Positions 27,401 to 34,927 of a stretch of DNA of 64,000 bases are shown piece by piece. The notes beneath the pieces are model-generated. The model worked only from the letters and a program-made list of their open reading frames with translations. It made no database searches and had not been told where the DNA came from. The stretch is taken from the NCBI GenBank assembly GCA_029932465.1, contig JAOZQA010000004.1, positions 7,980 to 71,979 of the forward strand, read 5' to 3'. Made by a program: the position numbers and the translations under genes. How positions within the stretch are numbered: the first letter of the stretch is position 1; each line of letters begins with the position of its first letter. This DNA comes from Thermoplasmatota archaeon (GTDB taxonomy: Archaea > Thermoplasmatota > Penumbrarchaeia > Penumbrarchaeales > EX4484-36).

Positions 27401-30328
27401 CGTGAGGGTCTCAGGCAGGAGCGGATCTATCTCTTCCTCCGGGAGAACCCAGATGACCGAGGTGTATCTCATCAGGGTCTCTATGTCCGGGCCATCGCTG
27501 AAAAGATAGGCGGAGCCCGAATAGGTGTTCACAACCCTGTAGAGGTCGTATGAATAGCCGTAGAGCTCAAGCTGTTCTGCTATCTTATGGGTGAGGTCCT
27601 CCCGCAGGGCCGAGGGAGGTGGGGCAACTCCTCCTTCAAGGTCCCAGTTGGAAAAGGTCTCGTTCTCCTCCGAGTAGCTCTCATCATCGTCTATAAGTAG
27701 TATTCTCTTCTCGATCACGATTGAGGTTATTGTTGTTGGGGAGTAGGAGAGGTCATTATTGTTCTCGTTCACCTCCTGAAGTATCCTGAAGGGGTCTACC
27801 ACAGCTCTGAAAGTGATCCTGCCCTCTAAGGTGGCTCTCCATGTCTTTGTGCATATCTCCTCCCCTCCGTTCCCCGGGAGGTTAACTATGTCCTGTGGAT
27901 TGTCCACCCCATCGGGATATCTGGAGGGGATTCTCCTCTCGATGTTGTCCTCTCCTATTACGTAGAATATCACCGTTGTGGATACAGCCGTGGGGCCGTT
28001 GTTTCTCACCCATACGCGTATGAGGATATCATCCATGTACTTGGGGGTCTCAACACCCTCGGGCAACTCGATCTCCATCCTTACTATAGCCAGATCATCT
28101 CCTATCTCTATTTCCCAGCCGAACCATTTGAGAACGCTAGCGGCCAGATTAATTCTTTCGTTGAGATAAGTAATAGTTGTATAGTCGAAGAAGCTCCATA
28201 GGATCCTGTAGAAGGGGGTCTCCACCCCCGCCTCTATATAGGTGGAGTCCTCGCCTGCAGGAAGGTCATATGTGAGTCTTCCTGCGGGTAATACTCCATT
28301 GGGAAAATCCCCCTCGTCTCGGTACCCCACTTCGCTGAAAGTGATCTCCTCGTCGGAGGAGAAATTCAGATTCATAAGTCCCTTCTCCGGGTCAGTGACG
28401 TTATCGCCTCTAACCCCGTAATAACGGTCTGCCACCGAAGCGTCAAGATATACACTCTTTAGGTAGGTATAATCGTAAAGGAGCTCCTTCATACCTGCGT
28501 CCACGGTTCCAACGGGAGTGTAACTGCTAAGGTCTAGTATAGAATTATCAAAGGCTCCCTCAAGCACACCCCTTCCAATTATCCATATCTTCTGGTCATT
28601 GTTGAGACAAGCTTCTATGTCAGCAAGGTTGTGGTAGAGCACTGGAGAGGGATTTTCTCCAGCGATCCATATAATAACGTCATACTCTTCTAGGGCGGGA
28701 ACAGGCACTTCGGTGGGCGAGGGGTAATTGAACTTGGGAGCCCATATATATGTCTCCTCTCCCAGAAGCCTTACCTGGGAGGCCACAAAGATTATATCGG
28801 GGGTAATGCCCGCCCCGGAGAGAGCCTCCACAATAATAGTAGTTCTATCGTCGGAGGACCCTGTTGAGGCCCCGTCGTCATCCACAACAAGTATTTTGGG
28901 CGTCACCTGGATGTTTATAAGGTTCAGGTTGTCCTCATCCTTATCCCCGTCAAGGAAAGTGTAGACTTCTTCCGGCGGGGTCCCCAGCTGATCTACTGGC
29001 TGAACGGTGTAGTTGCGCTGGTCGCAATCCACCGCGAAGTAGATGGGAACAATATTGCTTCCCTCAAAGAGCTCTGCCACCCATCGGAACTGGAAAGCGA
29101 TCTTTCCGGAGGCGGGGATCGCAAAATTTCTTATCTTTACTGTTGGGAAGGTGGTATCGTTTCCGTACAGGGATTGCCCGTGAGAGGAGGCCCAATCCTG
29201 AGGGTCCACACCTTCGGGGACCTCCGGGACATCGTCTATCCAGGATAACACTTTCCTGTTCTCTCCCAGATTTAGCTGCTTTATGGGGTACAAGGACATT
29301 ACAAAAAGGAGATGGTGAGATGGTAGAACTGGGGAGGGTCCAAGGTTTTTCACGTAGACCGTTATGGTCACCTCTTCCCCTCTTTTCGGATACCTGTTGC
29401 TGAAAAATATGTCGTCTATTGAGACCGCAGGATTCGGGCCCTGGCCGGGGGAGAAGTACTGCTGTATTGTCACATTGAATTGGTAGGTTCTTTCATTGTT
29501 ATACAGACGTGCCTCCCCTTCAAAGGGCGGCAGGACCCTTGCCAGGAGGGTATGGCTTCCCAGAACGGACGTGGTGAATGACCTTTTCACTAAGGTAATA
29601 CTATGCCCTGGAAGTAGCTGTTCGGGAGGTGTGCCTACAACACCATCTCCGTCTTCGGTGGCTTCCGCAATGGGCATCTTACGGATCAGATTTCCGTCAA
29701 GGTAGAGAAATATCTGCAAGGTGGAGGTCTGAACGGGTACGCCGCCGTTGTTTGAGATAACCATGTATATATCGGCAATGCTATCTTTGACCAGCAATGT
29801 TAGCCTCCTCCCATAGCGCTGAAGGTAGAGGTCCTCCACGGAGAGATCGGCTTTAGTTGCGGATTTAGGTTCCACCATATTGGTGTATCTGTAGAGCACA
29901 CGTCCCCCCCCCTCTCCGGTGTTAAGAACCCTAACATCCACCTTTTCAGCCCCGGGAGGCAGTGATGTCATGCTGTGAGAGTAAGTCTCTCCTATCTCCC
30001 AGAGACTGTCCCCATCCCATACGCCTATTCGCGAGATTAGATATTCGCAATCAGTCCCCTCAAATACATCTCTGGTACCTTCAGTGCTCACTATTATCTG
30101 GATCTTTCCCAAGGGGAGGGGTTTGCCAGCTATATGTGTGATCGTTATGTATTTTACCCCACCGATCTCCACCACCTCTGAGCTGAACCTTTCTATCTCG
30201 AGGACTTCCTTTGTGGGGTGATTGGTGACAAAGATCAAAATGGCTGCACCTGCTATGGTGGATGAAAGTAGCAGAAGTATGGTGCCAAGGGCTTCCGATA
30301 CACCCCAGAATGATACGGACGTGCGCAT
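24422..30328 (-). CDS. Giant (1968 aa) secreted protein with a class III-like signal peptide, CARDB-like domains, two GATase1-like domains, a vWA domain and C-terminal lectin/MAM-like domains (paralog of 17236..24435)
   Basis: N-terminus MRTSVSFWG|VSEALGTILLLLSSTIAGAAILIFV. Repeats PKILVVDDDG...YDVIIWIAG and KRILLIDDDESY...YTSVIWVL. vWA sequence LDVVICMDTSSSMSGD at nt 26338..26300. C-terminal GWFIDDVEVRISRSD and YLDDIVISG. Overlaps the downstream giant gene by 14 nt. Confidence 0.85.
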   Translation of the reverse strand: MRTSVSFWGVSEALGTILLLLSSTIAGAAILIFVTNHPTKEVLEIERFSSEVVEIGGVKYITITHIAGKPLPLGKIQIIVSTEGTRDVFEGTDCEYLISRIGVWDGDSLWEIGETYSHSMTSLPPGAEKVDVRVLNTGEGGGRVLYRYTNMVEPKSATKADLSVEDLYLQRYGRRLTLLVKDSIADIYMVISNNGGVPVQTSTLQIFLYLDGNLIRKMPIAEATEDGDGVVGTPPEQLLPGHSITLVKRSFTTSVLGSHTLLARVLPPFEGEARLYNNERTYQFNVTIQQYFSPGQGPNPAVSIDDIFFSNRYPKRGEEVTITVYVKNLGPSPVLPSHHLLFVMSLYPIKQLNLGENRKVLSWIDDVPEVPEGVDPQDWASSHGQSLYGNDTTFPTVKIRNFAIPASGKIAFQFRWVAELFEGSNIVPIYFAVDCDQRNYTVQPVDQLGTPPEEVYTFLDGDKDEDNLNLINIQVTPKILVVDDDGASTGSSDDRTTIIVEALSGAGITPDIIFVASQVRLLGEETYIWAPKFNYPSPTEVPVPALEEYDVIIWIAGENPSPVLYHNLADIEACLNNDQKIWIIGRGVLEGAFDNSILDLSSYTPVGTVDAGMKELLYDYTYLKSVYLDASVADRYYGVRGDNVTDPEKGLMNLNFSSDEEITFSEVGYRDEGDFPNGVLPAGRLTYDLPAGEDSTYIEAGVETPFYRILWSFFDYTTITYLNERINLAASVLKWFGWEIEIGDDLAIVRMEIELPEGVETPKYMDDILIRVWVRNNGPTAVSTTVIFYVIGEDNIERRIPSRYPDGVDNPQDIVNLPGNGGEEICTKTWRATLEGRITFRAVVDPFRILQEVNENNNDLSYSPTTITSIVIEKRILLIDDDESYSEENETFSNWDLEGGVAPPPSALREDLTHKIAEQLELYGYSYDLYRVVNTYSGSAYLFSDGPDIETLMRYTSVIWVLPEEEIDPLLPETLTADDRDYLIQYLTKSYEESVYLTNVTPRLVVISGCLFTDILGAPGSVSDPFLYRHMGVGTFTGRTGYTTITGTSDDSYLLPFHGLEGTFLREVYGEGVEERAENPLFGEESVSTTLYGVGEAGQTPLGILHSSEDQGYLAELISIPLQIGTANSDGIVEMLFGLFRDLNLTVESPEIVSRAVDINVSGTVHQLGDVFLIKTLVANLGGAGGSFVVRLYDGDLILKTDTIYIPPGGVATVETTWIPTLAGQRVIMVKADYYQDVEEVFEGNNNPFINVPVYFFFDDLEDTDASSWEHEATIVRINGENALEFLDETQEQYTNIVKDWSEASGFNSTSRYSHSASFSFWSGQEPPPPLDVVICMDTSSSMSGDPIAKLKVAAKALVAQLSDQDRVALMWYAGSGNVHNVSFTQLTESGRAYINSQIDSMTPKAVTQIWDMSGAGISYAYYGHAAGHVPAVVILSDGVDRLGDDSEPPEPDDNNDLNTLERGSKRWCPWHSFGQVVTYTSHFGKYGGDASSYGFWYTVTFPSPTTRNGLLNAPLPVFTIGLNLEHHSPPNSPSTSTKPAEKSINTYAYYTGGVESGTVEYNLWRMATTSQGGKYFYSPDENSLLSVFNTVAYELKKLQTLTRSSGAGTPTDSEQYSRGGTRAPACVEPGDRYIITEEFSLLGANSARLVYFQKYQMDVGSNGGVVLVGTSDDGTEWRYRYVIPQGQYSGNLDLESYRYDDYGREMRWVYNGVSAGGRYDWERVTVDLTPFRGRSHVKIMFLYLAVTWGVGEGWFIDDVEVRISRSDTQPPTSAIADQWYLAEDEVIAHSGSHFWSFVDPTYGLKPGADAALYLRPVDLTSAKWARLTFYVRFNINSNSGFPPDCLRVEISTDNWKSFRTLHNGVRIGWGVTGTEGDLSDGIADGKSYTGIPDDGLTAEEANYWVSSETLTRFQGDLTAYRGKTVHIRFRVVTNGYPLVGPKPYDHYEDPDLFKGVYLDDIVISGAS

Positions 30329-30351
30329 GGCAATACCCCTTTTGGGAGATT

Positions 30352-30372
30352 TTAACTCCGAGGTGTTTATAA
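30352..30372 (-). promoter_or_regulatory. T-tract plus TATA-like box (minus-strand CTTTTTTATAAA) between the J-domain gene stop and the giant-adhesin operon start; probable terminator and promoter
   Basis: Minus-strand reading of 30329..30402: ...cagcatcttttttataaacacctcggag...ATG. The TATA-like element lies about 45 nt upstream of the 30328 start. Confidence 0.4.
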
Positions 30373-30402
30373 AAAAGATGCTGTAGATATCTGATAATTA
30401 TC

Positions 30403-33165
30403 TCAATCTTCCACGGTGAATGTGCTCTCCCTGTACTGGTCGTAGAGAGCCCTCTTCTCCGGGTTCAAAAGGATTTCCTTAGCTTTGTTGATCCTTATCA
30501 TCATCTCCCGCGACTCCTCCGGTTCCACACCAAGTCTGAAGGCTCTATCGGGGTGATATTTTGCCGCTAGCCTCCTGTAGGCACTCTTTATCTCCTCTTC
30601 TGTGGCATCCGGGGTGATACCCAGAACGTCATAAAGGTCATAGTCAAAGTCAAATTCATCGGAGAGGTCAACCCCCGCACTTCCAGCCGTAGAATAACCG
30701 GCCTGCGCGTAGTTTTTGCTGCCGTATACGGTCCCGAAGGGGAACCCCCCGAAGGTCTCGGCGGTGCCCGGCACCACCTCCATTATCACCTCTTCTCCCT
30801 CCTCTCCCCCTTCCTCAACGTCAAAGGAGACCTCCTCTTCCTCCTCGGTTTCCTCCCTCTTAGGCGCAGCTTTAGCCTCCTTTTCTTTCTCTGCTTTTAC
30901 TTCTCTCGTCTTTTTGCTCTTCCTGCCCGACAGAACCACGGGAACTGAGACCACAATGACAATAATTATCAGAAGATAATAGAGTTCTGGGGGTGAGAGA
31001 AGATCAAGAATCCTGTCCACAATGCTCTCCTTCTCCGTTCTCGCAGGTGCAGGGAGGACCTTTACCGGGAAGACCACGCTGACTCTGTTGCCATGGCCGT
31101 CATCAACCACTAAGGTTATGTTGTAATCACCCGCTTTGAGTTCTTTCAGGGACAGCGAGGGTGAGCTTATCGGATAGACCCCTTCTTTGTCGGAACGCCA
31201 TACGAAGATCAGATGGTCCCCGTCAGGGTCGAAGGTTCCCGAGGCGTTTATTGAGACGTCATCCCCCTCCCTCAGTTCAAATGAAGGCCCGGTGTCCCCA
31301 CCCACAACCTCTCCGTCAACTACAATGATCGGTGCGGTATTTACCTTGATTTGATACGGGCTTGATAGGGCCCATCCGTTTCCTGCAATGTCCTTTGCTC
31401 TGAACTGCACGAAGTTGTTGTAGCTGCTTGTGAGGTTGAGGGAGACCTCAACAGTTATGTGATCCTGGCTGTAGATTGTCAGATTCTCAACGGGGAGCCA
31501 TGGCGAAAATCCGGCGATTCCCTCTATAGAATACCTGTACTGAATGGTTGAGGTGTTGATCCCTGAGCCCTCGGAGGGGTCCTCAATATCTACCTTGAAG
31601 GTCACCTTGGTGGTGTGGAGGATAACATCCGACGACGGCCGAGGGTTCGCAAATGTGGGAGGCTGGGTATCCACAAAGATCTGAACGGGTTCTGTTGTAA
31701 GGAGGTTCCCAACATTGTCAGATATCTGCCACATCACGTAGTTCTCTCTTCCTTCCGTGAGGTTTGACAGATAATGAATTAGAACACCATTTTCAAAGTA
31801 TGCGCCTTGGGGCACCTTCCAGGATGGACCAGTGTTACCGGAGGTGCAAGAGTAATGAAGGGAGCTCTCGTCAAGCCCCGAGCCCCCCACGTCATAGAAA
31901 TGAACTTCGCACTTTATGTATGTGGTATTGTACCAGACCCCCTGGAAGGGTTCAATCACTTCTGCCACAGGGGCGAGGTTGTCTACAAGGACCTCGATCC
32001 TTGCCCCCTCGCCCAGGTTTCCCACCCTGTCTACGGCTGCAACAGTTATGTTCACCCAGCCAGCATGGGGTAGATTTATCCTCATTCTGCTATACGCGGA
32101 TATGTTGAGAGGACCATCATCGATTCCAAGGAGGAACCCTCCCACCCCACTTCCCACATCCCCACCGCTCTCCCACGAGAGAAAAACGGTGAGGTCGTTG
32201 TCATAGCTGCTCGGTGTGTCTGTGGGAGAGTCGGGGTGCATCTTCAGGTTTTGAACGGGATTTGGAGGGGTTGAATCCACATTCAGGAGGAACTCGACCT
32301 CGGACCTCAAATGGGGAGCGGCCATGCCCTCTATTCCTATACGGTAGGTGACGTTCTGTGCCGTTAAGAGGGGTGTAATTGTAGTTATGTTGACCCATCC
32401 GTCCACTGGAGCTTCAAATATTATTTGGCCTGTCTCCGAACAGTTTAGGGTTAACGTATAGAGCCATGTAGGGGGAACATAGACTGAGGGGTCCTCATAT
32501 CTGAGGCGAATTCCTGAAAACGTTATGGAGTAGTTACCCGGGACCCATTCCCCTCGGAAGATCTCCTCACCCATCTCCCCCCGAACTTTCAGGTTTCCAG
32601 AAAAGAAGAGTGTGCCCTTCACTCTGAAAGCGTCTGTAACTGTTGTCTGAACATCTCCCTCCGTGGTATTTGCCTCTGCCCGGAGGTCGCAGTAGTCCGT
32701 ATAGGTCCAGTTCCATGTGAAGGTGATGTAGAAGGTAACAGAGAGGAGCGAGAGGGGTGTGCTCTCAAGAACATTGGCACCGCCGAAGATCACATAGCCC
32801 CCCTCATCGGAGGAGTTCACTTTAAAGCTCCCTGTGCTCCTGTTCCATACGAAAAGGATATCATAGTAAGAGGGGAAAAGAATTGCGCGGACTTCCGTCA
32901 CCTCCCCCGGAGGGAGATCTTTCACCTCAACCGTTAGGTTGTACGGGCGGTAGAACGGAAAGCACGTCTTTCCATTCACGCCTTCCGAATCGAGGCTGAC
33001 GGAGATGGAGGCCTGTCTTGTAGTTATTGCAGAAGATAGGGGGACCGCAGTATTCAGGCTCCCTATTGTGGTGGTGAAGATGAGGAGGAGGATGACGAAA
33101 AGCGGTATGTGAGAATCACTGACAAAGTGTGCTGTTTCACGGCCCATATTCATCCATACACCCAT
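30403..33165 (-). CDS. Type I membrane protein: signal/anchor, long extracellular Ig-like/PKD-like array, single TM, K/E-rich cytoplasmic linker and C-terminal DnaJ J-domain
   Basis: 920 aa. TM LYYLLIIIVIVVSVPVVLSG, then KSKKTREVKAEKEKEAKAAPKREETEEEEE. C-terminal J-domain DYDLYDVLGITPDATEEEIKSAYRRLAAKYHPDRAF...KAKEILLNPEKRALYDQY carries the HPD motif. Confidence 0.8.
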   Translation of the reverse strand: MGVWMNMGRETAHFVSDSHIPLFVILLLIFTTTIGSLNTAVPLSSAITTRQASISVSLDSEGVNGKTCFPFYRPYNLTVEVKDLPPGEVTEVRAILFPSYYDILFVWNRSTGSFKVNSSDEGGYVIFGGANVLESTPLSLLSVTFYITFTWNWTYTDYCDLRAEANTTEGDVQTTVTDAFRVKGTLFFSGNLKVRGEMGEEIFRGEWVPGNYSITFSGIRLRYEDPSVYVPPTWLYTLTLNCSETGQIIFEAPVDGWVNITTITPLLTAQNVTYRIGIEGMAAPHLRSEVEFLLNVDSTPPNPVQNLKMHPDSPTDTPSSYDNDLTVFLSWESGGDVGSGVGGFLLGIDDGPLNISAYSRMRINLPHAGWVNITVAAVDRVGNLGEGARIEVLVDNLAPVAEVIEPFQGVWYNTTYIKCEVHFYDVGGSGLDESSLHYSCTSGNTGPSWKVPQGAYFENGVLIHYLSNLTEGRENYVMWQISDNVGNLLTTEPVQIFVDTQPPTFANPRPSSDVILHTTKVTFKVDIEDPSEGSGINTSTIQYRYSIEGIAGFSPWLPVENLTIYSQDHITVEVSLNLTSSYNNFVQFRAKDIAGNGWALSSPYQIKVNTAPIIVVDGEVVGGDTGPSFELREGDDVSINASGTFDPDGDHLIFVWRSDKEGVYPISSPSLSLKELKAGDYNITLVVDDGHGNRVSVVFPVKVLPAPARTEKESIVDRILDLLSPPELYYLLIIIVIVVSVPVVLSGRKSKKTREVKAEKEKEAKAAPKREETEEEEEVSFDVEEGGEEGEEVIMEVVPGTAETFGGFPFGTVYGSKNYAQAGYSTAGSAGVDLSDEFDFDYDLYDVLGITPDATEEEIKSAYRRLAAKYHPDRAFRLGVEPEESREMMIRINKAKEILLNPEKRALYDQYRESTFTVED

Positions 33166-33179
33166 AAGAGAAAGGGTAT

Positions 33180-33192
33180 TTTATACTTCTCA
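33180..33192 (-). promoter_or_regulatory. TATA-like box (minus strand TATAAAAT) about 30 nt upstream of the J-domain gene ATG
   Basis: gggtattttatact at 33178..33191. Confidence 0.3.
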
Positions 33193-33323
33193 TAATAAAC
33201 CGGAAATTTGAGAATGTGGAGGAAGCTTTAAGTCAGCGCATCCATGCGCGCGGGAAGGGAGAGGAAAAATATTTTATCTTTGTATCTTTATTTACCCTCA
33301 AAGGCACAAAAGGAGAATTTTCC

Positions 33324-33668
33324 ATGCTGACAGAAATAACGAACCTATACGGCCTTGAAGTGATCACCAACAAAGGGGTCCTCCTGGGCTATGTAGATAG
33401 GGTAATTATAGATGTTGAAAAGGGGGAGATCTATGAGGTGGTGATCACAAACACTAACCCTGAGCTGGTTGAGGGAGGGCTTGATGTGGGCATACCCTTC
33501 CGCTGGATTCAGTCCATCTCCCGTGTGATACTCCTCAGATACTTCCCCGGGAGAATCAGGAGAAAGATGCCCGCTGAGGGGGCCTACCCCCCCAGGACCC
33601 GAAGGAAGCTCAGGGTTGTCAGAAAGCCTTGGGGGGAGGGTGGGATATCCAGAGTGGGATGGCACTGA
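33324..33668 (+). CDS. PRC-barrel domain protein (paralog of 10063..10383)
   Basis: MLTEITNLYGLEVITNKGVLLGYVDRVIID...GIPFRWIQSISRVILLRYFP. The ORF tracker extends it to 33216, but the MLTEIT start at 33324 fits the family better. Confidence 0.6.
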   Translation: MLTEITNLYGLEVITNKGVLLGYVDRVIIDVEKGEIYEVVITNTNPELVEGGLDVGIPFRWIQSISRVILLRYFPGRIRRKMPAEGAYPPRTRRKLRVVRKPWGEGGISRVGWH

Positions 33669-33680
33669 AGGTGGTGCTCC

Positions 33681-33899
33681 ATGGGTTTTGAAAACCTGTC
33701 CAAATTAGAGAGGCAGCTTTACGAGTATATTAAAAGAAACGATTTTGTTACCACTCCCTGGTCCACAGCAAGGGCGGCCCAGCACCTGGGGGTTAGCAGA
33801 GAGGAGGTTTATAAGGCTCTTGCAAAACTCACCAAGGAAATCAGAGACAATATATGGATATTCTATCACGATGGCGCCCTCAGGGTTGTCGCTGAGTGA
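33681..33899 (+). CDS. Small winged-helix/HTH protein (hypothetical)
   Basis: 72 aa. LYEYIKRNDFVTTPWSTARAAQHLGVSREEVYKALAKL looks HTH-like. Overlaps the endA start by 4 nt. Confidence 0.45.
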   Translation: MGFENLSKLERQLYEYIKRNDFVTTPWSTARAAQHLGVSREEVYKALAKLTKEIRDNIWIFYHDGALRVVAE

Positions 33900-34894
33900 C
33901 CTATTGCGACCCCTCTCAAGGGAAGGGGAAAACTATGGTAGTGGGGTTATATCGCCGGGGCGGTATCGTTCTTGAGGGGATATCTGGAGAGGAATATTTA
34001 AAACGGCATATGGGAAAGAGGGATGGGGAGAGGGTATTTTTGAACACCGTAGAAGCACTCTATGCGCTGGAGATGGGATGGATAGAGGGAGTTCTTCGAG
34101 AAGGTGACCTTCTCGGCTTCCCCGAATATCTGAGAAGCATTTCGGAGAGAGGGCAGAGGGAGATAAATCTCTATATAGTATACAGAGACCTTCGGCGGAG
34201 AGGTCACGTGGCTCTTTGGTCTGGAGGAAGGCTTATAGAGGTGCTGAAAGGGAAGTCGTCCAATATTGTTAAATGGGTGGTTTTTCCTCTCTCTTTTAAA
34301 GAGAGGATTCCCTTAAGAAAGGTCTTCAAGGAGCTTAAAAAATGCGTCTCCCTGAAAAGAACGCTTATACTGGCCTTCTATGATACCGAGGGGGATGTGA
34401 CCTATTACCGTGCCTCTCCTTTCAGGTGGGCCCCAGTCGCTCAGACAAGGGCCCTTCCGGGGGGGGAAGTGATTCATTTCAAAGACCTTGCAATGGTGGT
34501 TGAGAGGTATGAAGGGGGCGCCCGCGAAAGGTGGAAGGTCAGATTCATGGACAGAAATGAAGATCTCTTTCTTGGGGGGAGGGAGGGGAAGTGGGACGAG
34601 CTTACCCACATTTACGGTTACATCTCGGAGCTGGGATACACCGTTAAGTCGGGCCTGAAATATGGCTCTCATTTTAGGGTATATAGAGGAAATCCCGAGA
34701 AAGGCCACTCTTTGTATCTTCTCAGATACGAGGGAGGTAGAAGGCCAACTGTCAGAGTGCTTGACCTCCTGGCTGCAGCAAGAATCGCTCACAGTGTGAG
34801 AAAAGAGCTCGTGGTAGGGATAAAAAATTATGGAAAAAAAGGAGAGGAAGAAGAACCCTATCACTTCCTCTCCCTCAAATGGGCAAGGATTTGA
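33896..34894 (+). CDS. endA: tRNA-splicing endonuclease, two-repeat (alpha'2-type) form
   Basis: 332 aa. The N-terminal degenerate repeat contains YIVYRDLRRRGHV. The C-terminal catalytic repeat contains GLKYGSHFRVYRGNPEKGHSLYLL (conserved Tyr/His/Lys context). Confidence 0.8.
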   Translation: MTYCDPSQGKGKTMVVGLYRRGGIVLEGISGEEYLKRHMGKRDGERVFLNTVEALYALEMGWIEGVLREGDLLGFPEYLRSISERGQREINLYIVYRDLRRRGHVALWSGGRLIEVLKGKSSNIVKWVVFPLSFKERIPLRKVFKELKKCVSLKRTLILAFYDTEGDVTYYRASPFRWAPVAQTRALPGGEVIHFKDLAMVVERYEGGARERWKVRFMDRNEDLFLGGREGKWDELTHIYGYISELGYTVKSGLKYGSHFRVYRGNPEKGHSLYLLRYEGGRRPTVRVLDLLAAARIAHSVRKELVVGIKNYGKKGEEEEPYHFLSLKWARI

Positions 34895-34927
34895 CGCTGG
34901 GGGTTGGGAAGGGAAATCGGAAGGGAT

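Noticed and set aside
33216-33323. Upstream extension of the PRC-barrel ORF (start at 33216, MEEALSQRIHARGKGEEKYFIF...).
   Set aside because: The extension is low-complexity and overlaps the TATA-like region. The family-typical N-terminus begins at MLTEIT (33324), which I preferred.
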